NCBI GenBank assembly: GCA_951804945.1
Contig: OX638165.1
Coordinates: forward strand, 41,168,001 to 41,232,000
Direction: 5' to 3'
DNA length: 64,000 nt
Source: Podarcis cretensis
Taxonomy: Eukaryota
How positions within the stretch are numbered: the first letter of the stretch is position 1; each line of letters opens with the position of its first letter. The notes below the pieces were generated by a model, which ran no database searches, had not been told where the DNA came from, and saw nothing but the letters and a program-made list of their open reading frames with translations. Position numbers and translations under genes: made by a program. This document shows, in pieces, positions 1 through 14,228 of this stretch.

Positions 1-2240
1 GAGAGCATTCTGTTGCAAATCATTCCTCCTGTTTCCTCTGGTAGAGTCAAGCAAATTGGTAGACTTTGTTGCTTCAATTGGTGGAAAGCCCTTTCAGTTC
101 TGGCCCTGCCTGCTCAGTGCTCACAGGCTTAGAGAGGAGATTTCCTCCATCTTTGTGTTTTTGGCTTGCTGCTTGCTCAACTCAGTAGCAGGTTGGTCTT
201 GGCAGGAAAGGCAGAGATTCACCTCTTTAACGCTTTCAACTGTTGTTCAAAGGGCAGGACTGGGCCTAATACTAGGCAGAGTGGGCGTCTGCCTTGGGCA
301 GCTGGTTCTGAGAGGGACATGTGTATGCATTATTTGTTATTGTTCGTATTTATCAATGACCTTCCAATTAAGTTCCAAGGCAATGTACAAACTATAATTT
401 TTTAAAAAAAGTTTTAAAATGGCATGAGAAAAAAAACAGAAGGCAAATTTAAAAACAAAACAAAGTTGACATCCATGACATTTTCCATCCAGCTGAGAAA
501 GCCCATGGAACAAAAAAAGTATTCAACTGTTTCTAGAAAGTGCATTGTGACTTGGCAGGAACGCTAACCTACAGAATAGGGGCAGCCACACTGAAAGCCC
601 TGCTCCAAATTACTGTGGAGCAGGCTTCTGGTATGTTTCCAACTGGAAGGAAAGAGACCTATGGGATATATATGGGATAAGGTCATCACTCAGTGTGGGG
701 CACCATCATATCCTTCAACTCAGGCAGCAAAATATATTGGGCTTGCCCTGTTGAAGAAGTAATAATAGCTGCTCCCAACTGTCACCAGAAGGGAAAAGAT
801 GGCTAAGTACTGCACACAATGTAATGTCCTTAAGAGTCGCTGAGAATTTTCAAGGGGCAAGGTAGCTTCCAAGGCCACTTATGAAAATGAAGGCCTGCTT
901 ATAACCGAGTAGAACTTGGTCAGGTAGCATACACTGCACATGGAATGATGATGATGATGATGCACATATGAATGGGTTGCTCCAGCTACTCTGGGGAGAT
1001 TCCAACAGAGTATAAAAAACATAATGAAACATCAAACAATAAAAACGTCCTGATACAGGAGTGCCTTCACATTTCTTCTGGAAGTCATATAGTAGTTTAT
1101 CTCTTGGACATTTGATGAGAGGGTGTTCCACAGGGCAGGCCTTCTTGGTAGTTTGGTGAACAATTTGAAGATTCCTCTTTTTGATTACATTTGTCCCAGA
1201 TCTTGGGATGGGGGTTGTCCTCCCATTAAAGGGATATATTATTAATTTGCATGGACCTGCCTACTGGAAGAAGTGGAAGGAGCAGCTAACACCAGAACAC
1301 ACTTCATTGACCAGAATAAGTCTTCATGGTAAATCCAGTGTTCCTTTCCCATGACATTTTGTCGCATTTTTTTGCCACACACGGGCTGTTATTTCACTCT
1401 GACGGAGATGGGGAGGGGTACAATCAGTTCTTTGGCCCTTTGTGTGCCTTTCTGGGAGGGCCCTGGTGTGATGAAGCTGTGAGCCCACAGAGTGTTGAAT
1501 CCAGTCGGGAAAAGAGAAAGCAGTGTTTTGCTGGTATTAAGGTTCTAGGAAGCTAATACTGGGTCAGGATGTGCAGGACCTGGGACAGCTCACACTGCAA
1601 ACTCCCAAGGAAGATGAATGTTGTTGATCTGAGTACTTAAATAGCAACACAGGCCTGTTAAGTACCTTTGCTGAGAGCTACTTAGAATTTAAAGACAGAG
1701 CTCTGGCTTGGAACCTGGTACACTGGTATTGCTGGCTGATCCCCTCTGCCTTCTCTGCTTGGAACTTAAATGGGAGCAAGGGGCATCCAGAGAAGCAATG
1801 GAACTATAGTTTCTTTTCTTGAGGAAGGAGGGAAAGCACCAGCATGGGAAAAAAGAAAAAACCTTAAAAGCTAACTAGAAACAATGTTTTAAGACCCAGT
1901 ATAATTTGGATTGTATGATCCTTGGTAGGAGCAACTTAATCAAACTTGTATGCTATCCGATAGGATATGTATTTAATTTGTCCCTGAAGAAGAGCCTTAT
2001 GACCTGAACGCATTGTTTTTGTTGCACCTTTGAGCTCTCCTGCTTCCTTTGTTCCTGTCTCAGACACTTCAATGCGTGCTGATTTCTCAAAGCGTGTAGA
2101 AATTTTTTTTTTTTGGAGACAAACTGATGTGAAATTGGCACACCTGTAACCACTCAAATGTGTCTTTGTCAAGTATCTTAAGATGAGGTGATGCCTGAAT
2201 GAAGCAGTTCTTAACAGTTTCCTTGTGCCTCTTTCTTTAG

Positions 2241-2392
2241 ATATACTGATGGCATAAAACAGATGTTGGATCGCTATCACGCATTAATAGGAACACTGAA
2301 TGAAGCAGAGACCCAGCTTCTGGATGAACAGATACAAGAACTTTGGCGAGTTTTCAGATCTGGTTACAAGAGGCTCAACTGGAACTCATTAG
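2241..2392 (+). CDS. DNAH10: DNAH10 exon w1 ([17 protein letters not shown]...NWNSLG)
   Basis: ctttctttag acceptor, G|gtaata donor, open frame; not in the ORF track. Confidence 0.9.
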
Positions 2393-5300
2393 GTAATACA
2401 TTTTCCCTTGTAAAACAACTTTAAGGCAATAATTATCAGTTAAAATTTGCTAGAACTTGACGTCTTTTTCCTTTTGCCATTCCATCCTATAAAGAGAGCA
2501 ACCTAACACTTGGGTTTTATCTGAGATATATAGTAATTATTCTTTTTTCTTTTCTTTTTAAATATAACAGAGGAAAAAAGAAGTACCATCAGCTGCCATT
2601 AACAATAAAAACATTCCATCAGTCCTGAGTTAACCATATAAATGAATAAAGGCTGTCTGTATGTCCAAATAGGTATCCAAGTAAGGTTCATGGGTATAAG
2701 CTGTATCTTGTTGTATGGTAATTAAAGAAACAATAACACATTTTTAGTTCTTCTTAAAAAAGAATGGGTATAGTGGCCCGCCTGATGCTGTTGGACTTCC
2801 AGCTCCCCTCAGTCCCAGCCATCTTGGCCAGTGGTCAGGGATGATGGGAGTAGAAGTCCATAGAATCATAGAATGGTAGAGTTGGAAAGGACCCAATGGT
2901 CATCTAGTCCACCTCCTGCAATGCCGGAATCTCAGCTCAAGCATCCATGACAGATGGCCATCCAACCTTTGCTTAAAAACCTCCAAGGAAGGAGAGTCCA
3001 CCATCTCTCATGGGAGTCTGCTCCACCACTGAACAGCTCTTACTGTCAGAAAGTTTTCCCATATGTTTAGTCGGAATCTCCTTTCTTGTAATTTGTAGCT
3101 GCCCCTCTGAAGAACTATTTATACTGGTGCCAACTTTGCTATATCTTAGAGCAGAGCTTTCCAAACTGTGTGTCGCAGCTTGTTAGTGTGTCAGCTGCAG
3201 TGTGTAGGTGTGTCGTGCGAAAGCTCCCCGTACTCCTCCTGGGGCTGGAAAGGAGTTAGTTAACCTCCAGTTTGCTAGTAAAACTGAATTACTGCACTGC
3301 GAAATGAAGCATGTCTAAAAAGTGTGTCACCAACATGAAAAGTTTGGAAAGCTCTGTCTTAGTGTAGGTCTCAGAATGGTTTTGTTCACTCCAGCATTTG
3401 AGATATTATGTGCGTGTTTTTTCAATCCTTGCTTCGATTAGTTTCCATCAAATGTATTGGATTGCTATCACTGATACAATATTTTGGATTTTTCTGCTGT
3501 TTTTTATTGACATCCTTGAGGACTTGCTAATGGAAAGCCATGAGAGACATATTTTGAATGCAGTGCGTACATATGGCTCCTGAAGACACACTTGCTTAGG
3601 CAAGCATTCCCCTGGACTGAACTTCTGGTTCTATTGTTCAACCTGTCTTTTCAATGTTGTATCACATAATTTAATTAAGGATGTTTTAATGCCCAATGGA
3701 TATGGTATCATGTATTTTAATTATGTATTGATTTTATAGTTGTAAACAGCTTAGAAGCCATGTTGGCATATAAGCAGTATATAAACTAATAAATAATACA
3801 TACCGTACATACCTGCATACTGGGTGTGGACTAAAGACACAATAATGATCTGGACTCCCTTTTGTTTCAAAGGTATTGGTGACTACATTGTGCGATGTAC
3901 CCAGTCCATTGGGAAGTTTGAGTCACTTGTCCATCAAATTCACAAGAATGCTGAAGACATGTCTAATAAGCTTTTGTTAATAGAATCCACCAATTTGTTC
4001 AAAAGCCCAGCTTCCAAATATGAAGATTATCTTCCTGGTAAGCCTGTCTGTTTTTGCTGATTCTAGGCCTTGTACAGTCATTGGTGTGGTGCAGAGAGTC
4101 TAGGTTTCAGGTAGATAAATTCAGTCTCCATGTAGGAACAGTATTTATGTAATAAGGTGTGAAATGTGATTTGATGTTGTTATGGGTTAAAGGGGCTGCT
4201 TGTGTGTAAATGGTTGAGTTCTCAACTCATGCAATCAGTTTCTAAAACTCTCCCAGACCACGGAGCCATGGGTGCATGGCTACCTCAATCGCTGGCAGAA
4301 TCCGTCAGTGGGCGCTTCCGGAATTTACGCCAACATAAGAGTTCCTTAACGGAAACTCTCCTTCTGGATTCTCTGCGTGACAGTTTCCTGCACGGGGTAG
4401 GCGTCCCCAACGGAGGTCCTGAGACTTCTCCGCTGTTCTCACTGGAAGTATCTTGGAGCCCTCCCTCCGACTGAGTTTCTGCAGGAACTCTCTCTCTCCC
4501 CCTGCTGGTTCCTTCCTCAGTGTCCGAGGGTCTCCTAGCCTCTTGGAGCCCTTCCACCACCTGACTCTCCGATGGCAGTTCCCTGACAGATGTGATTTGT
4601 TTCTGCTGCTTGATAATGGATTTAAAGTAAAAACAAAAGTCTGCAGTGCACTTTGTATGCTACCATGTACACACCTTTTCTTTGTGAAGAAAATGGCTTG
4701 AAGCAGTCCTTGAAGGTCATGTTCACATGAACATGAAGCAAACAGTGTTTCCTTCTTCTCTAGGGGCTATTCAGGAAATTGTTCCAAATATTGTTTTTTA
4801 AAAACAATATTTAAGATTTATTTATATATTACTTATTTCTGAAATCTCTAAGCAGTGCCATTAAAATTATAAAAGCATACAATGGTTCAGTGTTCCAACT
4901 AGTTGTGTTTTCCTTCAAGACATTCCATTCTACTCTCCCTACCTTTTTCCTTCTTTCTCCCAGCCCTCACCAACTGATACTGCGGCCACTGAACATGTTC
5001 AGTCTTCATTGGACTGTTTCAGAGGGAGTTTCCCTTAGGTGCGGGTTTTTTTCTACTTCTGCAAACTTTGGAGTCCTTCCTAGTTTGCTAATATCTCCCT
5101 CTTGTTTCTCTGTAGTCCCATTTCGGCTACATACCCACCATAACTCTGCACTTGAGTTTGCTATTTGTATGCGTGTATAGGTGTGTATATAATATGCTGC
5201 TGTTTCCATTTCTTCATTGATTTTGGGATATCCCAGAGCTTCCTTGTCATTGCTTTTTATTGTACGTGTTGCCATTCTCTCTGCACTAGGTAAAGGCCCG

Positions 5301-8300
5301 CTAGGAAAGAATTGAGAGGCACAGACTCCTTGAAGTGTTTGCATGCACAAGTAGTACTGGTGTTAACGCTATTTGTTTTTGAAAAGGAGATTGTGCACCC
5401 CTTTCTTCCTCCTACATTGAACAGCCCAGGTTTAAACACTGTTATGTGTGTTTTTTTTAGTTATGTGAAGTTACTGTCCTCATAAACATTGCTTAAGATT
5501 GTTTGATTACCCATGTGCTTGAGGACAAGTTATGAAGAAACCTTGAAAATGAAAGCTGGTATTCCAGTGGCTCCTCTAGATGTTATTTTACCCACACATT
5601 GTGTAAACGGGCACCTAAGAAAGTCTAAAGAGTTAGCCCTGGTACTGAAGCTGTAACTTGTATGAATTCCAAATAACTCTTCAAATCTTAATTTTGCAAC
5701 CCACCTTGGCAGGGGCGAAAGAATACTTTGAATACATTAAGCATGAAAGATCCAGGGATGTTGAACATATGGTACACAAGTACATTTCCATTGGCCCCCT
5801 GCTAACAAAAATGGAGGGGCTTATTGTGAACACAAACACTGGCAGGGCCTCAAGACTGGTTCATTATTATGCCTTTTGGGAAAAGAAAGTTTACCAGAGC
5901 TTGACGACCCTGATTCTCAAGTAAGTCTGTTTGAACATATTTCTTCCTCTTCTGTCTAGTTGTTTGCTCTCTGAGTGCAACTTTCATTCATCTTTCCCTG
6001 GTTGGTGTGCAGGAGACACCCAGTAAAGAGTAGGTTAGCATCACCCACCACTTAGGCAAAGCCTCTTCATATGACATAGCTTTGCCGACTAGGCTCAACT
6101 CCTGAATCCCTGCCCCAGTTCCTTTTCCTAGGTCAAATCTCCTGCTATTTCCCTGTTTTATCTTTCCTAGATAATTCCTAGATAATTTCCTAGATAATTA
6201 TCTCCTTTGGTTAGCTGAGTCAAATTCTGCTCTTTACCGCATGCCAAATGGGAAAGGAATATTGTGCAGTTCTTATGCATGTTCTTTCCAAGGAGTCCTC
6301 AGAGACACTCCTGCAGTTTGCCATAGGATGTTCTTCATGTTCATTTTTATCAGGACTGTTTGGAAAGGGCTTTGCCCTTCACATTCCTTTTGTTCTTCTA
6401 CACACGTCATACTCTGGGGCTGACTCAGCTCCTGTTGGAACTGTGTCAGGGGCTTTTGAGCTGAGCATAGTCTACAAAGCTGTGTCACAAGCTGCTTCTT
6501 GGCTTAGGTGGTGGGGGATATTAACCTGCTCTTTACTGGACACATCATGCACACTTCCTGGAAGGAACATCAATGATAAGTGCCAATGTTCTGTTTCTCT
6601 TTGCAGAAATTTGCAGTCTTTCAATGCCGCTGTGACAGGGAACACCCCTCTCTTTCAAGCAGAAACAATTTTATCAGCTCCTGAAATCATCCTCCAGCCA
6701 AATGCTCCTGAAATTGAAAAAATGTGTGTACAATGCATTCGAGATTGTGTGGAAGTTACTAAAGTGAGTATTCTGTGTCAATTTGCAATGAGGTCTAGGT
6801 GAATTTCCTTTTCTTTGATTTATGTAACAAGACAGTAGAATACCATGCTACCTACAATGATTTAGGGGCATTAAAATTAAATATGCATGGTTCAATTAGG
6901 TATATTTCATCAAGATACAGATTTACAGATCAGAAGAAGTCAGTGAAATGATGTAGCCTGATTTTTGTATGATGTATAATCCAGCCTCCTAGTTAAAAAT
7001 ATAAGTGTTTTAGTAGTGGGATCCTCAGTCTGTTACTTGTGCAACCTGCCCCTTTAAGAGAAAATAATCTTCCTGGCTACACTTCTATTCATTAGGCCAA
7101 TAATAAGTTTGAGTATGAACTGGTGAGGGAAGGATCACTCATAAGTGTTCAGCAAATGAATGACCCACTGTTCAAATCAATGCTTTGAAATACTGCATTA
7201 AGGCTGGCTCCATTGGACCAGGACATCATCAAGGGATTGATAGAAATGGAGTCAAGTGACCTGGAAGGAGGAGAAATCCCGAGGAGGGACCAGGAGGATC
7301 AACAAAGTTATATGATCTCATAATGGTGACAAAGAAAAAGGAGCATGAGGGAGGGGGAAGAGGAGCACAGGGCAGTAGTTTGATAAGAGAGGTGTTGGCA
7401 AGAGAGTGGAAAGGAAGGAGTAGAAATTCATGAGTGGCTATGCAAACCCTGAAGGGTAAGGAAAGCAGAATGGGATGTACAGTGATGCCTTGGGTTAAGT
7501 ACTTAATTCATTCCAGACGTCCGTTCTTAACCTGAAACTGTTCTTAACCTGAAGCTCTACTTTAGCTAATGGGGCCTCCTGCTGCTGCCGTTGCGCCGCC
7601 GGAGCATGATTTCTGTTCTCATCCTGAAGCAAAGTTCTTAACCCGAGGTACTGTTTCTGGGTTAGCGGAGTCTGTAACCTGAAGCCTATGTAATCTGAAG
7701 CATATGTAACCCGAGGTACCACTGTACTGAGAGAGCAGGAAGGGCCTTGAGTTATGGGAGTCTAGCAAAGACCTCTGTCTTCTCATATTGCTATGCTGGC
7801 ATCACTGATGCAAATGCAACTGATCTCCATGATAGCCCCCCTCCCCTTGCTGATGCAAAACCTGATACCCAATAAGGTCTTTTGTCTTCAATGCAGCATT
7901 TTGTTCGCTGGATGCATGGCACCTGCATTGATTGTCCACCACAGCAAACTGGTGACGACGAACCCATCATCTTTAGTTTCTTTAGCGATATCTCCCAGAA
8001 CCCTTTAATCATTGAGCAGGCCATCCTCATTTCTCAGAACATGCACAAGCTTCTGGGCTCCCTCACAAAATACCTGAACCGGTGGAAGAGGTACCGCCCT
8101 CTATGGAAGTTAGACAAAGCCATTGTTATGGAAAAGTTTGCTGCCAAAAAGCCAGCCTGTGTCGTCTTTGATGACAAGTTGCAGTTCTACCTGAAGGTAG
8201 CCCAAGAAGTGATGCAGCAGCCCATGGTTAAAGACGAGCAGTGCATTCGCCTTCAGCTCGAACCTTTGGCTTCTACAGTGCAAGAAACTGCTAAAGGCTG

Positions 8301-11300
8301 GATGGCTTCACTCGGGAAACTGCTCAACGAATCAGCCAAAGAGGCACTTTACGAACTCCAAGAAAATATTGAAGTAAGAAACTATTTGACTGGCAATGAA
8401 TCATTTTTATCAGGGGTAGTTAAGCACTGGTCATCCAGAGGTTCTTGTACGCCCACTTCCCATCAGCCACTACCACCATGGCCAGTGCTCAGGGATGGTG
8501 GGAGCCACATCTGAAAGGCCAAAGGCTGTAAAATGCCCTTATCAGCTCTACTGCCCAGTTAAGTTTGCAGAATATGGTCAGGTGGATAGGGGAATGGATA
8601 CAGAAGGATGTAGCGAAGCTTCAATAATTTTCTGTAATTTGTTGGCATGTTAAGTCCACTCTTCTTTCATTTGGGCAAAGGGGAGTAGTTGAAGGGGATA
8701 GTTTGTTCTTCTGAAAGTTTGCTTTAAATTGTACCATGGCTCCACAGGCAAGCAGTTCCTTCTCTTGTTAACCCTTTCCGTCTCCCTAAAACATTTTTAT
8801 GTTCTTTCTTCAAAAGTTCCCATATTTTATTAGTCTCTGTCATCTCAGACACTCCAAAGGTGTTCACACTTTTTCTGACTGTGCAGCACATTCCCCACTG
8901 ACTTCTTTCAGTAAAATAACATAAGGGAAAAATAGTGAATCCAAGGCCATAGAAGAGGAAAGACAACACGTCTTTAATCCATACCAAAAATACTGTATCC
9001 AAAAATATCCACAACTAGAATTGAAGCTCTGAGGCCAGCAGAAGGCTGGAGGACATGTGGGAAAGTGGCTCACCACCTTACCACTGTATCTAAACACTGC
9101 CCCAGGGACCGTATGGCCTCTCCTGATTCAGATGTTATGAAGAAAAAAAGCTATGTGTTATCAGCATACTGACGGTACCTCACCCTGAATCTCCTGATGA
9201 CTGCTTCCAGTGGCTTCAGATAGATACTAAATAGCATTGGGAATAAGATAATGTAGCTGCCAATGCTACTGTCTGGACTTAGTCCCAAATGTAGGACCGG
9301 AACCACCCAAAAATAGTGCCCCAAATTCCCATTCCCTGGAGCTGGTCCAGGAGGATGCCATGGTATCGAAAGCTGACGAGATCAAGAAACAGGAGCAAGG
9401 TTGCAATCCCCCTGTTTCACCCTTTGCAGAGGTCATTCCACTGGGATTGATGTAGCCCTGACTGAAGCTGGCTTGATTTCTCAACCATGGTGGTGCATAA
9501 ATTGTTGCAATCCACTGCCTTCCACTTATATAACAAACAAATATTGTAACCACAATACACGTTATTTTTGCAACCCCAAGCTACTTCATTTTCATATTCT
9601 TGCATAATATAGTTTGCTGCAAGATCCTGAGGATCTATAATTGTATTTTTCATGAACAAATCATCGCTTAGTTAATGATACTGATGAATCATTGAAAGTA
9701 TTTTCAGCTAAATGTTTCTTTTTAATGAACCATTCTCCCCAGAGATTATCGCATAACCTTAAGACAACTCCCAGTACCCTGGAAGATCTCAAATTCGTCT
9801 TGGGCACAATTGCCGAGATCAAAGATATGTCTCTAGAAGTGGAACTTAAATACTTGGATATTCGTGAGCGATACCGTACCCTTGAAATGTATAATATTCC
9901 TGTAAGTGAAATGCTGCAGTATTTGTGATAAGTGCTGCAGAATCTCAAGATAACCTTGCTCTATAATTTCCATTTGTTGGACTGGGAGGATGGGACTTTT
10001 TTGAAAGTCTCATGTCCCCAGACCTAATGAGTCACAGGCAATCAGGGAATTGTTGAAGGACCAGCTCTGGGTCATACACTGGACCTCAGAGTTTGGCAAA
10101 TCTGGGATCATTCTTAGACAGGCTTCCTCAAACTCGGCCCTCTAGATGTTTTGAGACTACAATTTCCATCATCCCTGACCACTGGTCCTGCTAGCTAGGG
10201 ATCATGTGAGTTGTAGGCCGAGTTTGAGGAAGCCTGTTCTTAGGGAATCTGCACTGATTTATATGACAGTAAATTATTATGGGAATGGGCTCAGTGGTGA
10301 AGTGCCAGCTTTGCATGCAAAAAGTGGCAGGTTCAGTCACTGGCATCTCTGGTTTAAAGAGGGAGATGATCAAGACCCTTTTCTCCTGGAAAGTTGCTGC
10401 TAGTCATAGTAGGCAGTGCGAGATGGGATGGACAAATAGTCTGACTTGGTATTGATGCACATGAACAAAATGGGCAAGATGATGAATTGCAGGGTCACAC
10501 TAGACCCTACAGGGCAGGCATGTGTAATAGCCTGCTTTTCTGCTTGCAAGTGCGAAGTGTGAAGACATAGCCAGGGAGAGAAGGGTTAAACAACCCCTTT
10601 CTGTCCTCCTCACTTATGTTCTGCTCATATTTGCAGCCTTCAAATTTGTAACATCTAGTAGTTTAGTCTACAACTTTAACTCATGAGCTACTTTAATTAG
10701 GATTTGCTTGACTTGGTTCTAGGTCATGTGATTCTTTCCCAACTCAGCTATTCCAGGCTAAGCTATTCCAGCCTAAGGTGCAACAAGAATGTTGATGGAA
10801 AAGGGCTAGAGCCACCTCAATAAACAAAGCTGGTACTGCATGTTAGAAGTGCAACAGCAAATATCATTCAGTTAGTAACTTAAAAATTCATTCTATTAGT
10901 GTTAAAGACCTGAACCTAAGGCTCGAACTAAGAAAGACAAAATCTCTCTGTTCATTTCTCCTTAAATTAGACACTGTTTTTGCTAAGTAAAGTGTTATAA
11001 AGGGTTTTGGTTTCTCTGTCATCCAACTGTGTTGTTTAAGTGACTTTGCAGTACAGTGGATCTGAGAAATCTAGCATGCCAAAAGGAATCAAAATGCAGG
11101 GAACTCTTGAAAGTAGGATGGCAGAATACAGATTGGTTTGTGTGTTCTATAATAACAACATGGATTGGCTTGTTGGAAATTTAGAGGGCTATTGCAGATA
11201 GAGACCTTGAGGATAAGTGAGTTGGTAGAGCATGAGACTCAATCTTAGGGTTGTGGGTTTTCACTGCATTGCAGGCGGTTGCACTAGATGACCCTCATGG

Positions 11301-14182
11301 TCCCTTCTATGATTCTAAGAGGGCAGGTTGCTGTTAGCAGTTCTCATAGAAGAACCAAACAAAATGTCTTGTGAGTGACTCCCCAGGTATCATGCTGGGC
11401 TGCACACCAGCAGATTTAGACACGATCTGGAGCCTCAGACACACTTTTAAAAATTGAAATATTATTTTGCTTTAGACAACAGAAGAAGAACAGCAGTTGG
11501 TGGAAAAGATGAAGCTAATGTGGGATACACTTTTTAATGATGCAGCAGCAGTTGATCACAGCCTTGGAAGCATCAAAAAGACATTTACTGAGGTACTGTT
11601 CCTTTAACGTATATTGTAGAATCGGATGAATGCATTTGGAAGAGGAGCTAAACTAATTTGGATCATATTCCCCCTAGATCACAAGGGAGCAGATTGCAAA
11701 CTACAGTAAGGAAATTGATGATTTTTACCATAGGTTTATCACTGAAGGACCAGGTTCTGTTGGTGAGAATCTTGACAGAGGTAAGAATGTGTGCGGGCTA
11801 GTACTCCTCTTATTAGGCAGCTGGAATAAACAATGGATAATGTTGCAGTGGCCCAGAATTCTTCAGACCTTCTTATATGAGAATATAAACACCACGGGTT
11901 TCCGGCCACGCTTACAAATCAATGGTGGTTGTTCTTCGTATCTCTCTGGGGGCTGTGAAGAAGTTCAAGCAGGGGAAGGAGGATTTATAAGGCATAAATC
12001 CTCGCAATGCCTCCCATTGGGGCCTGGGGGGTTGACTGTATCCTGCAGTGCCACGTAATCCTGTGTCTGCCAACTTGGAAGGCAGAATGGGAGTGACCTG
12101 GGAGTGTGTCCCTGCCATGGATGAGCCTCAGCATGATCTGTGGAGGGTTTCTGGATAATTTCTGGATAAAAGATAATTTCTGGATAAAAGATAATTTCTG
12201 GATAAAAAATGACTTTTATAAGACACTTGAAGAAATTCTGTTTGAATATATGAATGAAAAGATAATCCTGATGGGAGTAGCTTCCCTGGAATGGGTTAGA
12301 AATATAAGAAAAAGTGATACAAAAGAAGGGAAGCTACCCAAGGCCTTTTTTCAGATGACAGACAATTTAAGTCTAATTGATATGTGGAGAGAGAGAAAAA
12401 CACTTACTGTACAGACAGTTCACATTTTATTTGAGCGTGCAAGCAAAATAGACGCTGTATGGCTTTCTAAAAAATTGTATATTAAGGTAAAGAAGGTAGA
12501 AATTCTACCTTAGACATTATCAGATCACAACTCTATCATTGTGGAATTAAGAACAGCACAAAATTTCCCAATGAGATGGAGATTAAATGAGAATTTATTA
12601 AATGATCAAGGAATATTAGAAAAGGGGGGGGGAATACAAAAGGATTATTTTGAAGTTAGTTTAAATCAGGAGACAATTCTAAAGGTAGAATGGGATGCGA
12701 GCAATGTGAACATGCAAGGTTTTTTTTAAAAAAAATTTGCATACCAAAAAAAGAAGAGTGTTGAAAAAGCAGGAAATTTTACAAGAAATAAAAAGGAAAG
12801 AAAAAGAATAAATTCTCCTTGAAAAGAGATAGTGAAATGGGATACTAAAATATTGCAAACAGTTTTCAATTATAATAAATCAAGAAGTAGAGTGGGAAAT
12901 TAAATATTTAAAACAGAAACAATTTGAAAAAGCTAACAAACCAGGAAAATTATTAGCATGGCAAATAAAGGAAAGAGAAGAAAAATCCTGTATAAATAAA
13001 ATTAATATAGGAAGGTAGATTTGTGGAAAACCCTAAAGAAATAAGAGATCAGTTTATGAGTTTCTATAGATAATTATATTGAGCTAAACAGGGAATACTA
13101 AAATACCAAAAGATAAAATGTTAATCCTGAATGGACTGGTGACAATGATGGAGATCTGGAAAGCTCTGTTCTGTCCAGGTGAAACTAGGGATGGGTGAAT
13201 CTGTCAATTTCAGTTTCTATTTTTCCAGTCTTAAATTCAGTTCCTGACATTTCCACAGCAATTTGCAAATTTTAGTTAAAATTATCTTCCTTAAAATTTA
13301 TCAACATTTTAGTGCAATTTTATCCTAATACATTTATATGAGAATAATTTTGGCTAATAATAAGCATTTTTGCAAGCAATTTCAGCTAGTATAATGCATT
13401 CTTGAATGTTATTTTCACTAATATATATATATGCTTACGCACATTTTATGCTAAATTTGTACATATTACCCATGTGGAAAAGTGCATTGCAAAATTCTGA
13501 AAATGTGAGTTTCAAGGAAAAGGTGAGTTTTGGTTTGCATATTCCTTTTGGAAAGTGTGCATTAGGTAAGTATGTCTTTAAGTGTGAACTGAATAAAAAT
13601 TATCCTAAGTCTCTATTGGGACTCACTATGGCCTCAGGTGAACTTAGAGGGCACTGTAGAAGAAAACACCCAGAGCTTGCTTGCATCTGTCCATTGGAAG
13701 AGAAGGTCAGTAATGGGGACCAAACTTTCCCATAGGGAAACTTGTTTCCCGTTACTGATCTTTTCATTGAGAATCTGCTGGTAGATTTCCTGGGAAAGTG
13801 TTCTGGGCCAGAATGTGTTTTGTACAAGAAGCAAAAAGCACAGTTAGACCTGACCTGAGCTTCTGTTGTGGATCAGATCTTGTAGAGATTTCACCTATGG
13901 GGATGTCTATAGCTAAGAGTGCTACATATGGTGACTATTCCTCATCCCTTGATGCCATATATTCTCTCTTGCCATCTGCAGGGTTAGAGCTCATGGTAGT
14001 TTTTGAAAAAGAACTGGAGAAGCATGAGAAAAATCGTCAGGAACTGGCAAATGCTGAAAAACTATTTGACCTTCCAATCACAATGTACCCTGATTTAATG
14101 AAAATCCAGAAGGAGATGAAGGGCCTGAGGCAGATCTATGATATTTACAAGTTGCAGCGAGTAAGTGGGTTTGTTTTAAATA

Positions 14183-14228
<46 letters not shown>

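Noticed and set aside
6165-6200. Short tandem duplications (TCCTAGATAAT x3; also ~25690-25760, 37857-37898, 51513-51551)
   Set aside because: Ordinary slippage duplications with no further structure.
11215-11262. tRNA-Lys gene
   Set aside because: Anticodon loop deleted, no T arm or acceptor stem, and it runs into a CR1 tail; it is a SINE.
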